Source of the DNA: Alphaproteobacteria bacterium
GTDB lineage: Bacteria; Pseudomonadota; Alphaproteobacteria; JAWKYA01
Direction of reading: 5' to 3'
DNA length: 64,000 bases
Assembly: GCA_041396725.1 (NCBI GenBank)
Contig: JAWKYA010000004.1
Coordinates: forward strand, 20,019-84,018
The translations under genes were made by a program, and so were the position numbers. Below, piece after piece: positions 21,369-32,358 of the stretch (positions are counted from its first letter, which is position 1; every line of letters starts with the position of its first letter). The notes below the pieces were generated by a model, which worked only from the letters and a program-made list of their open reading frames with translations, made no database searches and was not told the DNA's origin.

Positions 21369-24300
21369 TTACTCAGCAGCGTGCGATGTTATAATTTGTG
21401 TGCCGGACTGATGTCGATCATAAGCCTTTAAGGTATCACTGATATAGTTTGAAGTTCGAGTACGCTGCGAGATCAAGCTGTATATAACCGGAACAAGAAT
21501 CAAAGATAGAAGAGTTGAGAAACTCACGCCGCCGGCAATCACAACGCCAATAGCTTCACGGCTTTTTGCGCCGGCTCCTGTAGCAAGAGCAAGCGGTAAT
21601 GCGCCGCAAACTGTTGCGATACTTGTCATAAGAATAGGGCGTAATCGAGCAACAGCAGCTTCAACAACAGCATCATGTAGAGGCTTTCCTTCGTCGCGCA
21701 ATTGGTTAGCAAACTCTACAATTAGAATCGCATTTTTAGCGACAAGTCCAATCAGCATAATCATGCCGATTTGCGTATATATATTAATAGTAAGCCCTGT
21801 TATCCATAAGGATCCTAGAGCGCCAAACAAAGCAAGAGGTACGGTTAGAAGGATTGTAAAGGGGTGAATAAAACTTTCGAATTGGGCAGCAAGAACAAGA
21901 AACACTATGAGAAGGGCAAGTCCAAATGTTACATAGAGTGCGGTGCCTGATTCAAAAAACTCCCGGCTAGCTCCATCATAAGCCAACAAGGCTTGAGGTG
22001 GTAATACTTCGGCAGCAACATCTCGGATCTTACTAAGAACATCACCAAGGGTCGCGCCCGTACCTAAACTCGCGCTTATGGTAATGGAGCGAAGGCGATC
22101 AAATCGGTTTAATTGCGATGGTCCTGCGGCCTCTGTGAGATGAACGACACTCGATAATGGAATCAGGGTTTTACTGTTACTAGAGCGGATGAAGATATTT
22201 GAAAGATCGGAAGCGCTCACTCTATCTTCTGACCGAGCTTGAAGAACAACATCGTATTCATCTCCGTGATCTTCATACCGTGTGACGACGCGGCCACCTA
22301 GCATAGTTTCAAGAGTTTGCCCAACATCGGAAATAGAAAGGCCAAGATCAGCTGCGCGATTTCGATCGATTGAAACATGTAACTCTGGTTTTGTCTCATC
22401 ATAGTCAGCGCGGAGATTTCGCACAGAAGGATCGTCACGTAAGGTAGAAAAAAGTCGATCGCGCCATGCGGCAAGTTCTTCATAGGTATTGCCGCGTAAT
22501 ACTACCTGAACCGGAGTAGACAATCCTCGTATCCCTAAGCCGCTCGGGTTCGAGGCAATAGCGCGTACCCCAGGTACGTTGGTTAGCTTGGAAGTAATCT
22601 CTTGAGTTATTATATTTTGTGATCGCTTTCGCATCTCCCATGGCGCAAGGCGTAAGATATAAATTGCGCGATTAACGCTACTAGGCCCTCCAAATCCCGG
22701 GGCAAGGATACTGGTAACTTTCCCAACTTCACCACCATCAAGATAGGGCTTGAGGATAACGTCAATTTTTTCCATTTCACCGCGTGTATAACCAATGCTA
22801 GCGCCTTCAGGGCCGGTAACATTGATAAAGATAGTGCCACGATCCTCCAAGGGCTCGAGTTCACGCGGAAGTGCATTAAACAGTATAAAGCATCCAGCAA
22901 ATAGCCCCGCCGCACCAAAGATAATCAACGGCCGTATCGTCAAAGCGTATTCTAGAATACGACGATAACCATTGTTTAGATTGCTAAACAGGTGCTCTGT
23001 CTTTCGTACTAACCAGCTGTCTTCGCGTGTTGGCCTTAATATCTTTGAGCACAGCATAGGGGTTAAAGTTAGAGCGACTAACATAGAAAACAGAACGGCA
23101 GAAGCCATGGCGATGCCGAATTCACTAAATAGTCGACCTACATTTCCAGTGAGGAAAGAGATGGGTAGAAATACGGCAACGAGGACTGCTGTTGTAGCCA
23201 GAACGGCAAAACCGATTTGTCGCGCTCCTCGAAAAGCAGCAACTAGGGGTGGCTCGCCCTCTTCAATACGGCGCGAGATATTTTCTAAGACAATGATGGC
23301 ATCATCAACGACAAGACCAATAGCTAAAACCATAGCTAAGAGTGTTAAGACATTAATTGAGAACCCAAAAGCGGCCAAAGCTATCATGGATCCAATGATC
23401 GAAACGGGAATAGCAAGCATGGGGATAAGGGTAGCGCGCGCATTACGTAGGAAAATGAAAACAACACAGAGAACCAGGAACATGGCGATGAAAATCGCAT
23501 GATAAACTTCATTAATTGATTTGGAAATGAAGACGCTCTCGTCATATGTAATGTCGATATCTGTTCCTTTAGGCAAGGAAGCAAGGATATCGGGCAAGGC
23601 ATTTCTTACACCTGCACCAACCTCGAGGGTATTGGCCTTTGCTTGCTTAGAAACAGTAATTCCAATAACAGCTTTACCATTCAAACGAAATTCACCTCGA
23701 TCATCGCGAGGGCCAACCTCGACTTTGGCAACCTCGCCAAGACGCACAAGATAATTGTCACTTTGTGCGACAATAAGATTTCTAAATTGTTGTACATCTT
23801 TAAGCCGCGTATCGGCGCGGATGGTAAATTCACGTTGTGCCGATTCAAGTCGACCTGCAGGAAGTTCAACGTTTTGACTACGTAGGGCACTGCTAATGTC
23901 ACTAACAGTTATTCCGCGCGCTGCCATAGCCAAGCGATCAAGCCATATACGCATGGAGTATTCGCGGGCACCAGCAACAGAGGCATTAGCAACACCATTG
24001 ATTACAGAAAGGCGATCGACAATCGACCGATTGGCTAGGTCCGTTAACTCCAAAGCATTTAAATTTGGATTCGAGAGAGACAAATAGATAATAGGTGATG
24101 CATCGCTATCAACTTTACTAACGACAGGCGCAGTAACGCCATCGGGTAGATCATCAACAATCCGAGCTATTCGGTCACGAACGTCGTTCGCTGCCGTCTC
24201 GATAGGCCGGCTTAAGTTAAATTCTATACGAACGTTAGAGCGACCTTCTTGGCTTGAAGAGCGAATGACTTTAATTCCTTCGATACCACTAACAGTATCT

Positions 24301-24503
24301 TCAACGAGTTGAGTTATTTGACTCTCGACTACTTGAGCTGAAGCGCCTTGGTAAATCGTAGAAATTGAGACGATAGGTGGATCAATATCTGGCATTTCGC
24401 GCACGGCTAATTCGCGAAATGAGAAGATTCCGAAAATGACGATCAGTAAACTAAGGACAATAGCTGAAACGGGGCGTCGGATTGCAATATCGGATAAAAC
24501 CAT
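21369..24503 (-). CDS. RND efflux transporter permease (AcrB/AcrD/AcrF family)
   Basis: 1044 aa; IRRPV, GLVVDDAIIVLENI, AQFESFIHP, KNAILIVEFAN, RLRPILMTS. Confidence 0.95.
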   Translation of the reverse strand: MVLSDIAIRRPVSAIVLSLLIVIFGIFSFRELAVREMPDIDPPIVSISTIYQGASAQVVESQITQLVEDTVSGIEGIKVIRSSSQEGRSNVRIEFNLSRPIETAANDVRDRIARIVDDLPDGVTAPVVSKVDSDASPIIYLSLSNPNLNALELTDLANRSIVDRLSVINGVANASVAGAREYSMRIWLDRLAMAARGITVSDISSALRSQNVELPAGRLESAQREFTIRADTRLKDVQQFRNLIVAQSDNYLVRLGEVAKVEVGPRDDRGEFRLNGKAVIGITVSKQAKANTLEVGAGVRNALPDILASLPKGTDIDITYDESVFISKSINEVYHAIFIAMFLVLCVVFIFLRNARATLIPMLAIPVSIIGSMIALAAFGFSINVLTLLAMVLAIGLVVDDAIIVLENISRRIEEGEPPLVAAFRGARQIGFAVLATTAVLVAVFLPISFLTGNVGRLFSEFGIAMASAVLFSMLVALTLTPMLCSKILRPTREDSWLVRKTEHLFSNLNNGYRRILEYALTIRPLIIFGAAGLFAGCFILFNALPRELEPLEDRGTIFINVTGPEGASIGYTRGEMEKIDVILKPYLDGGEVGKVTSILAPGFGGPSSVNRAIYILRLAPWEMRKRSQNIITQEITSKLTNVPGVRAIASNPSGLGIRGLSTPVQVVLRGNTYEELAAWRDRLFSTLRDDPSVRNLRADYDETKPELHVSIDRNRAADLGLSISDVGQTLETMLGGRVVTRYEDHGDEYDVVLQARSEDRVSASDLSNIFIRSSNSKTLIPLSSVVHLTEAAGPSQLNRFDRLRSITISASLGTGATLGDVLSKIRDVAAEVLPPQALLAYDGASREFFESGTALYVTFGLALLIVFLVLAAQFESFIHPFTILLTVPLALFGALGSLWITGLTINIYTQIGMIMLIGLVAKNAILIVEFANQLRDEGKPLHDAVVEAAVARLRPILMTSIATVCGALPLALATGAGAKSREAIGVVIAGGVSFSTLLSLILVPVIYSLISQRTRTSNYISDTLKAYDRHQSGTQIITSHAAE

Positions 24504-24511
24504 AGCAACCT

Positions 24512-25614
24512 CTAACTTGTTGGGGATTGCTTTGCCGGCCGGCTACCAGCATTATTGCCGCGAACCGTCACCGTGGAGCCATCGCGAATGATTTGTGTTC
24601 CTCGGATGACTACGACCTCACCCGGGGTAATTCCTTTAATAATCTCAGCTTTACCTAGGGTTCTTGAGCCCAAAATAACTTCTCGACGCTCAACCTTGTT
24701 GTTATTGACAACAAAAACATACTGTTTGGTGCCCTGAGGAACGAGTGCTTCCTCAGAAATAAGAGTGGCATTTTCGCGAGAAGCAATGGCTGCTTCAACC
24801 TTTAAAAACATACCAGGACGAATAACTCCATCAGGGTTAGGGAGGGTCGCTTTTAGGGCAATCGAACGGGTAACCGGATCGACGCGTGTATCGATGGCGG
24901 TTACCTGACCTTGGAAAGTGCGATCTAGAAATGCATCGGATCTTGCAATAATGGGCATCCCAATCTTGATGGCTGCAAGGGTTGTTTCAGGTAGTAGAAA
25001 GTCAACTTGCATGCTTGAGAGGTCGTCAAGAGTTGCGATAAGTGTTCCTGGTTGAACGACGGCCCCAGGTGAAACCTTACGGATACCCATGGTTCCTGAA
25101 AAAGGAGCATAGATTTTCAGATCTGCAAGGCGTGCCTTTGCACCGGCAACAGCTGCCCGTGCTGTATCTAGTTGAGCCTTTAACTCATCCACACGTGCTG
25201 TTGCAATTGCATTTGCTGCAGATAAAGAGGTCGCACGCTGTAAGGAAAGCTCAGCATTCCGTCGCACGGCCTCGGCGCTCGACAGGCTAGCCTCTGCTTC
25301 ATCACTACGTAGAGTAACAAGGAGTGTGCCAGCTGGCACACGCTGACCATCTGCAAAATTGATGCTTTCAACGATCCCTGTAACTTTTGCCGTTATTGCA
25401 ATAGCTTCGTTTGATCGTGCCGTACCGACAGCTTCTGCAATATCCCGAATAACCCAGTTTCTGCCTTAGTAACTTCGACAGGAGCAGGAGGTGCTTCACG
25501 TGCTGCGGAAATGCTGATATGGGGTAGGCCAAAGTAATGTCTATATCCCCAGTATGCTACGCCGAGGGCAACGATACTAAATAACCCACCCATTACCCAG
25601 CGACTTCGCCACAT
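24512..25614 (-). CDS. RND periplasmic adaptor (membrane fusion protein); one frameshift near 25455
   Basis: N-terminal anchor MWRSRWVMGG.. joins ..AVGTARSNEA.. across an apparently missing G. C-terminal part has IYAPFSG, IDTRVDPVTR, RPGMFL. Confidence 0.85.
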
Positions 25615-25807
25615 TGACTCTTCCTTTTGTTGATGGATATCAAAATAACAGCACACTGCTTCCTAAAATTAGCGCGCAAGTCTTACTGTTTATAGTCTTG
25701 CCATGACTCGAAGGTAAGCTACTGTAATTTATGGTAAATTCCATGTAAATATCTTTAATAGATCGGCGCTCATTCTGATCCTTTTAGGGTGAACCAGTCC
25801 TGAACGG

Positions 25808-26611
25808 CTATAGGAGATATAGAAAAACCAACATGAAGGTCCCAGCAGCAAGGCGATACCAGCCGAAAGGAGCTAAGCCATAACGGCGTATTAAGCTCAA
25901 AATCGTCCGAACAACAAGAATGGCCGAAAGAAAGGCTGCAACAAACCCAATACTAATGATCACCATATCAGTGCTTATAAGAGCATGCCGCGCTTTGTAT
26001 AGGTCGAGAGACGTGGCGCCGAGCATAGTGGGAATAGCAAGAAAAAACGAGAATTCCATCGCAGTTTGCGTTTCTACACCTAGGACTCTAGCCCCCACAA
26101 TTGTTGCGCCCGAGCGGGATACACCAGGGATCATTGCCAGTACCTGAAAAAAACCAATCTTAAGGGCAAGATGCCATCCCCCTTGTCCGATTTCTTGGTA
26201 GCGAGGTTTAGGCAAGTACCGCTCGATAAAGAGGATGATAAATCCTCCGACGATCAAGCTACAAGCAACAACATAAGGGTTAAAAAGGTAAGCCTTGATG
26301 AAATCGTGAGCAAGAAATCCGATAATGGCTGCTGGTAAGAATCCTAATAGAATGGCCCACACAAACCGTTGGGCCTTTGGATCGTGATGAAGATGGAGTG
26401 TGATAGTAGCGAGCCGCTGAAAATAAACACAACAAACAGCAAGAATGGCTCCAAGCTGGATCGCAACTTCAAAGACTTTTCCTGGCGGGCCTTGAAATTT
26501 TAAGAGATCAACAAAGAAGATCAGGTGGCCTGTCGATGAGACAGGGATAAACTCTGTTAACCCCTCAATTATACCAAGGAGAAGTGTCTGCCAGATAACT
26601 TCAGATACCAT
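25808..26611 (-). CDS. uppP: Undecaprenyl-diphosphate phosphatase
   Basis: LGIIEGLTEFIPVSSTGHL, IQLGAILAV, PGVSRSGATI, EFSFFLAIPTM. Confidence 0.95.
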   Translation of the reverse strand: MVSEVIWQTLLLGIIEGLTEFIPVSSTGHLIFFVDLLKFQGPPGKVFEVAIQLGAILAVCCVYFQRLATITLHLHHDPKAQRFVWAILLGFLPAAIIGFLAHDFIKAYLFNPYVVACSLIVGGFIILFIERYLPKPRYQEIGQGGWHLALKIGFFQVLAMIPGVSRSGATIVGARVLGVETQTAMEFSFFLAIPTMLGATSLDLYKARHALISTDMVIISIGFVAAFLSAILVVRTILSLIRRYGLAPFGWYRLAAGTFMLVFLYLL

Positions 26612-26612
26612 G

Positions 26613-27608
26613 TCACAACCAACCCATTCGTCGGAAATATAAGAAGGGAACGATAGCAGAGAGAACCATCAAGCCAAGTGCTGTGGGATAGCCAAAAAGC
26701 CATGAAAGCTCAGGCATGTAATGAAAATTCATCCCATATATACTAGCCACTAAAGTTGGGGGTAGAAAGACAACAGCAGCAACAGAGAAAATCTTGATAA
26801 TCCGATTTTGCTCAATGCTAATCATACCGAGTGTAGCATCCAATAAAAAATTAACCTTATGAGACTCAAAAGTCGAATGCTCATTCAGAGAGATAATATC
26901 ACTGCGAAGGCTTTTTAGCCGTGTTCGCAGTTCTTTTAGTCCATTGCGAGTATTTGTTTCGAATTCTGGCGTAATAAAACGGATTAACCGTGTCAGACTT
27001 AAAAGACTCTCACGAATGTTGGATGTAAGGTCCTCATTCCGCCCTAAATTTTTTAATATTGCCTGTAAATCGCGCCGTTCACCTACTCGTCGACGCGCTG
27101 TTGACGGACGTGTATCAAAAATTTGTTGAGATAGGGTATCTAAGTCAACGCCGATACGCTCGAGAATATCGGCAAGTCTATCAACAAAGGCTTCGAGTAA
27201 TCCAATCAGAATATCGCGCGCATTTAAGTGCGCCGATGGTTGGCGCGTTAAACGGATTGCAAAAGATGAAATAGGGCGTGGATCACTATAACGTAAAGTA
27301 ATTAATCCTCCCGGACATAGAATGAACGCTAAAGATTCTGCACTTGGGTTAGGCCCATCAGCATTGGCAAGAACCGTAGCTGTCATTCGGAATATATGTC
27401 CCTCAGTATAAAAACGACTTGAAGACTCAATTTCTTGCATAGCCTCACGGGTGGGAAGGGAGAGTTCGAGCGCTCTTTCAAGAGTTTCTTTCTCGGCATC
27501 TGTTGGGTTATGCAGATCGATCCATAAGGCAGGCAAGGGTAAATGCATTCCAGGAAGAAGGGTAAGGCACTCGATAGAATCGCCGCGGCGGAGGTATACA
27601 TTAATCAT
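26613..27608 (-). CDS. corA: CorA family Mg2+/Co2+ transporter
   Basis: WIDL..P, two C-terminal TM helices with the GMN signature (YGMNF..MPEL). Confidence 0.95.
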   Translation of the reverse strand: MINVYLRRGDSIECLTLLPGMHLPLPALWIDLHNPTDAEKETLERALELSLPTREAMQEIESSSRFYTEGHIFRMTATVLANADGPNPSAESLAFILCPGGLITLRYSDPRPISSFAIRLTRQPSAHLNARDILIGLLEAFVDRLADILERIGVDLDTLSQQIFDTRPSTARRRVGERRDLQAILKNLGRNEDLTSNIRESLLSLTRLIRFITPEFETNTRNGLKELRTRLKSLRSDIISLNEHSTFESHKVNFLLDATLGMISIEQNRIIKIFSVAAVVFLPPTLVASIYGMNFHYMPELSWLFGYPTALGLMVLSAIVPFLYFRRMGWL

Positions 27609-27799
27609 AGCTGCCTCATTAGAGGAACGTGCTCGAGGGAACTGATTCTCGCAACGATATTTGTCACTTTATAGCTGCCACGTGAAGGTACACATCGCAA
27701 TTCCTTTAAACTTTAGAATAAAGAGTAGAAAACAGGCTTTTCATTCGCTTAGTTACCCGCTAAAACCTTGGCACTTATGATTATACAAGGGGGTAAGGG

Positions 27800-28974
27800 G
27801 TGATGAAAAAGGTCTATAGAGTGCTTGGGGCGCTCGTAGGAATAGTTCTAGCCACACCAATTGCAGCAGCTGATTCGGTTAAGATTGGGTTCATTACGAC
27901 CTTATCAGGGCCTGCAGGCTATCTTGGTGAAGATGCTAGAGATGGGTTCCAGTTGGCTATAGATCTTGAAGGGGGAAGGCTTGGAAACATACCTGTAGAG
28001 CTCTTGGTTGAGGATGATCAGCTTAAGCCTGCCACAGGTAAGCAACTAGCCGATAAGTTTGTAAAATCAGATAAAGTGAAGATTGTTTCGGGTATTATCT
28101 TTTCTAATGTTGCAATAGCGGCGGTGCCGGGGATTTTAGAATCGGGTGCATTTTTTATCTCACCAAATGCAGCCCCATCTGAATTTGCGGGTCAGGGCTG
28201 TCATAAGAATTATTTTGTTGTTTCATGGCAGAACGATAATCTGCATGAAAGTGCTGGTAAGGCAGCTAGCGATCTTGGGTACAAGAAGATGGCTATCTTG
28301 GCGCCAAATTATCAGGCAGGCAAGGATGCCTTAGCTGGATTCCGCCGCTATTATAAAGGTGAAATCGTTGCAGAAATATTCACAAAGTTGGATCAAACGG
28401 ATTTCGCACCTGAGATTGCGCAGATCCGTGCAGCGAAGCCAGATGCTGTATTTCACTTTCATCCAGGTGGACTCGGAATTGCTTTCACCAAGCAATATAT
28501 TCAAGCAGGCCTGATAAAAGATATTCCTTTGGTAGCGCCTATGCCATCTATGGAAAATCGCGTTATGACAGCTATTGGTGATGCGGCGATCGGAATTCAA
28601 AGTACCAGCCATTGGAACCAAGATTTTACTAACGAGGCGAATAAGAAATTCATGGCTGAGTTTCAAAAAAAATATAAACGTGTTCCAACAGAATATGCGC
28701 AACAAGGTTATGATGCGGCGCTCCTGATCGCGAGTGCTCTTAAAGCTGTTGGCGGAGATATAAACCAGGAAGATAAATTCCGGATGCATTGCGGAAAGCT
28801 AACTTTCAGTCGCCACGGGGATCCTTCAAGTTTGCATCTAATCAGCACCCAATTCAGGATTGGTATGCTCGGGTTGTAGAGAGGGGCGCGGATGGTAAGT
28901 TGACGATGAAAACTTTGCGAAAGGTTTTTGAAAATCATGTCGATGCTTACGCAGCGGAATGCAAGATGAAATAA
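27800..28974 (+). CDS. Branched-chain-amino-acid-family ABC substrate-binding protein; frameshift near 28782
   Basis: KIGFITTLSGP, LLVEDDQLKP, SGIIFSNV, SWQND; continues in another frame as (D)ALRKANFQSPRGSFKF..NQHPIQDWY to 28974. Confidence 0.9.
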
Positions 28975-28992
28975 AATGCAAGATGAAATAAA
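28959..28992 (+). repeat. Perfect tandem duplication of a 17-nt unit spanning the SBP stop codon
   Basis: ATGCAAGATGAAATAAA at 28959-28975 and again at 28976-28992. Confidence 0.9.
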
Positions 28993-29030
28993 AGGAAGGG
29001 CGCCCGTTACCGAGGGTGTGTCGGACGTCT

Positions 29031-29945
29031 ATGAGTTTACTTTTTGAGCAAGTTCTAAACGGTCTACAGTTTGGAATTATGCTCTTTTTGCTATCGGCAG
29101 GGCTAACCCTTACCTTTGGGATCATGGGCCTGATTAATCTCGCTCACGGATCGCTTTATATGATCGGCGCTTATGTCGCTGCTAGTATAGTTGCGTATTC
29201 AGGCTCATTTTTCTTGGCTGGCATTGTGGCTTTGCTAGCAACAGGAATTCTTGGGATTATTATCGAAATTCTTATTATGCGCCGATTGTATCTGCGTCAC
29301 CATCTCGATCAGGTACTCGCTACTTTTGGGTTAATTCTTTTTGCGAATGAAGCGATGGCTTGGATATATGGGCGTCAACCTTTGTTTATGGAGATGCCAG
29401 AAACTCTTTCGGGGGCAATTGAAATTCTTCCGTCGCTTTCGTATCCATTCTATCGTCTTGTTATCATCGCTGTGGGACTTGTTATTGCAGTTTCATTGCA
29501 TCTACTTATACAAAAGACACGGCTCGGTATGCAGATTCGTGCTGGGGCAACCCATCGGGAAATTATTGCAGCCTTAGGGGTAAACATTAAGCTTCTTTAT
29601 ACCGCTGTGTTTGGTTTAGGTGCGCTGCTAGCAGGGCTTGCAGGAGTAATGGCAGGGCCACTTCTTTCGGTACAAACCGGGATGGGTGAGAACATCCTCA
29701 TCCAGTCTTTTGTTGTTGTTATTGTTGGTGGTCTTGGATCTTTGCGGGGCGCTTTTGCAGGGGCCCTCTTAGTCGGTTTAACGGATACTTTGGCTAGAGC
29801 ATATCTACCAGGCCTATTAAAGCGCGTGATGGATTCAGCGACAGCCAGTAGTTTGGGTGTAGGATTGGCTTCTATAGCAATCTATATTTTGATGGCGGCC
29901 ATCCTCATATGGCGGCCACGCGGTCTGTTTCCTACGCATGCGTAA
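29031..29945 (+). CDS. LivH-type ABC permease
   Basis: QVLNGLQFG, AGLTLTFGIMGLINLAHGSLYMIGAY, VIVGGLGS, WRPRGLF. Confidence 0.95.
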   Translation: MSLLFEQVLNGLQFGIMLFLLSAGLTLTFGIMGLINLAHGSLYMIGAYVAASIVAYSGSFFLAGIVALLATGILGIIIEILIMRRLYLRHHLDQVLATFGLILFANEAMAWIYGRQPLFMEMPETLSGAIEILPSLSYPFYRLVIIAVGLVIAVSLHLLIQKTRLGMQIRAGATHREIIAALGVNIKLLYTAVFGLGALLAGLAGVMAGPLLSVQTGMGENILIQSFVVVIVGGLGSLRGAFAGALLVGLTDTLARAYLPGLLKRVMDSATASSLGVGLASIAIYILMAAILIWRPRGLFPTHA

Positions 29946-30903
29946 CCGCCATCTTATTGCAACGGTTGGCTTGTTTGGGCTACTTGCCGTTTTGCCTGGA
30001 TTTTCTGTTCTCTTAGATCAACCTTATTTTTTGATCGTTGGTACGAAAATTCTTATTTATGGAATTGCCGCTATAAGCCTCGACCTTCTTTTAGGGTATG
30101 GAGGGATGGTCAGTTTTGGGCACGCAGCTTTTCTTGGTGTCGGTGCCTACGTTGTAGGAATTTCGAGTTTCCATGCACAAAGTCTAAAAATTTATGATTT
30201 TGGCGTTGGGAGAGAAGCTTTGATTGTCTGGCCTTTGGCTATTCTTGCATCAGCGTTCTTTGCTGCTCTTATTGGAAGCTTATCACTGCGGACAAAGGGT
30301 GTGCAATTTATCATGATCACTCTTGCATTTGCTCAAATGCTTTTCTTCATGACTGTTTCTCTCGAAGTCTATGGAGGAGACGACGGCCTTGGCTTGAGTG
30401 GCCGCAACCAAATCGTTGGGCTAAGTCTCGATAACGATATGGTTTTTTATTATGTTTGTTTTTGTAGTCTTGGGAGCTTCTTCTATTTCTGTCAGAAACT
30501 TATAACTTCTCGGTTTGGGCGCATTATTCAGGGCATTCGACAAAACCCCTTGCGTATGGAAACTTTAGGATACCCCATTTATCGGTATCAACTTATCTGT
30601 TTTGTTATTGCTGGCGCAGGCGCGGGGCTTGCCGGGGTATTGGCAGCAAACCAAACAACATTTGTGAGCCCCGATCTTCTTCACTGGAGTAAATCCGGTG
30701 AAATCATGATTATGGTTATCTTAGGAGGGATGGGAACCTTGCTTGGTCCAATCTTAGGGGGTGCGGTATTGATTGGGTTTGAGGAAGGCCTTGCAAGATA
30801 TACATCCCACTGGATGATTTTCTTGGGCACACTTCTTATCGTCATGGTCTTAATGTTACGGCGCGGCCTTTATGGCCTTTTCGTGCGTGGCCATAGTGAG
30901 TAA
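29938..30903 (+). CDS. LivM-type ABC permease
   Basis: LLGYGGMVSFGHAAFLG, MITLAFAQM, GGDDG, MVILGGMGTL.GP. Confidence 0.95.
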   Translation: MRNRHLIATVGLFGLLAVLPGFSVLLDQPYFLIVGTKILIYGIAAISLDLLLGYGGMVSFGHAAFLGVGAYVVGISSFHAQSLKIYDFGVGREALIVWPLAILASAFFAALIGSLSLRTKGVQFIMITLAFAQMLFFMTVSLEVYGGDDGLGLSGRNQIVGLSLDNDMVFYYVCFCSLGSFFYFCQKLITSRFGRIIQGIRQNPLRMETLGYPIYRYQLICFVIAGAGAGLAGVLAANQTTFVSPDLLHWSKSGEIMIMVILGGMGTLLGPILGGAVLIGFEEGLARYTSHWMIFLGTLLIVMVLMLRRGLYGLFVRGHSE

Positions 30904-31651
30904 TTGCTTACCGATACTGCAAATTGAGTGTTTGAGCAAAAGCTTCGGTGCTGTTCAGGTTACCGATAATCTCTCATTAAACCTCGAGCAGGGAGAATTC
31001 CATGCTATTATCGGACCAAATGGAGCGGGCAAAACAAGTTTAATTGCGCAGATCTCTGGCACTCTCAGACCTGATTCTGGTCGTGTATTGTATAAGGGGC
31101 AATCCATAATTACTCAACCGATTTGGCAACGTCGTTTGATGGGTATTGCTCGATCATTTCAAATGACCTCTATTTTTCCTGAATTCACAGTAGAAGAAAA
31201 TATTATCGTCAGTATGCAAGCGCATAAGGGCTCTTACCTTTCCTTTTGGAAAGATAAGAAAAAAGAGAAACAGCTGAGGACTGAGGTAGCGCAAATTCTC
31301 AATGAAATTGGTTTAGCGTCGAGAGCTGAAATTCCTGCAAGTAATCTTTCTCATGGTGAGCGGCGTCAGTTGGAATTGGGAATAGCTATTGCGGAAAGAC
31401 CGTCACTTTTACTTTTGGATGAACCAATGGCAGGCATGGGGGTCGCAGAATCTTCTAATATCGTAAACCTACTGCAAAGACTTAAAGGTCAAATAACAAT
31501 TCTCTTGGTTGAGCATGATATGGATGTTGTTTTTTTCCTTGCAGATCGCATCACCGTTATGGTTTACGGCAAGATTATTGCCTCAGGTACACCTCGTGAA
31601 ATTAAGAACAATGCTGACGTTCAAGCAGCTTATCTTGGGTCAGCGGTGTAA
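30872..31651 (+). CDS. LivG-type ABC ATPase (true start may lie slightly downstream)
   Basis: Walker A GPNGAGKT, LSHGE, LLLDEP, LLVEHDM. Confidence 0.95.
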   Translation: MAFSCVAIVSNCLPILQIECLSKSFGAVQVTDNLSLNLEQGEFHAIIGPNGAGKTSLIAQISGTLRPDSGRVLYKGQSIITQPIWQRRLMGIARSFQMTSIFPEFTVEENIIVSMQAHKGSYLSFWKDKKKEKQLRTEVAQILNEIGLASRAEIPASNLSHGERRQLELGIAIAERPSLLLLDEPMAGMGVAESSNIVNLLQRLKGQITILLVEHDMDVVFFLADRITVMVYGKIIASGTPREIKNNADVQAAYLGSAV

Positions 31652-31656
31652 CAGTT

Positions 31657-32358
31657 ATGCTTTATCTTACGGCCATTGAAACTTTCTACCAACAAAGCCA
31701 AGCATTATTCGATGTTAGTTTTTCCCTAGAAAAAGGAGAGGTTGTTTCTTTGCTTGGCCGTAATGGTATGGGTAAAACAACAACCATACGTTCGATCCTA
31801 GGATTAACACCGCCACGTAATGGCCAGATCACTTTTAAAGGTCGTAAGATTCAGGGGCTTTCGAGTTTTCAAATTGCGCGACAGGGTATAGGCTTTGTTC
31901 CCGAAGGCAGGCAAATTTTTCCTCGATTAACAGTAAAAGAAAATCTTCTTGTTGTTGCAGTGCATCGGCAGAGCGCGGAGAGATCATGGAATCTTCAGCG
32001 AGTTTTCAGTCTTTTTCCAAGGCTTCAAGAGCGGAGAGATCAACCTGCATCCTCCCTATCCGGAGGTGAACAGCAAATGCTGGCTATCGGTCGTGCGCTG
32101 ATGACGAATCCTTGCTTATTGATTTTGGATGAAGCAACGGAAGGATTAGCGCCACTGATCCGGCAAGAAATCTGGGATTGTCTCTCTATGCTTAAACGGG
32201 AAGCCCTTACAATTCTTATTGTCGACAAAGATCTTGTTGCATTACAAAAACTTGTCGATCGCCATGTCATTATAGAAAAGGGCCGAACAGTTTGGCAGGG
32301 AAGCAATAAGGTATTTTCTGCTGATCTAGGCCTGGCACGGCGATATTTGGGAGTTTAA
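31657..32358 (+). CDS. LivF-type ABC ATPase
   Basis: GRNGMGKTT, VPEGRQIF, LSGGEQQMLAIGRALM, LDEATEGLAP. Confidence 0.95.
   Translation: MLYLTAIETFYQQSQALFDVSFSLEKGEVVSLLGRNGMGKTTTIRSILGLTPPRNGQITFKGRKIQGLSSFQIARQGIGFVPEGRQIFPRLTVKENLLVVAVHRQSAERSWNLQRVFSLFPRLQERRDQPASSLSGGEQQMLAIGRALMTNPCLLILDEATEGLAPLIRQEIWDCLSMLKREALTILIVDKDLVALQKLVDRHVIIEKGRTVWQGSNKVFSADLGLARRYLGV

Noticed and set aside
27769-27783. TGGCAC as a sigma54 -24 element upstream of the ABC operon (also TGGCAT at 56472)
   Set aside because: The -12 TTGC element is missing at the required spacing in both cases.
28959-28992. Direct repeat as a possible CRISPR
   Set aside because: Only two 17-nt copies with no spacer and no cas genes.
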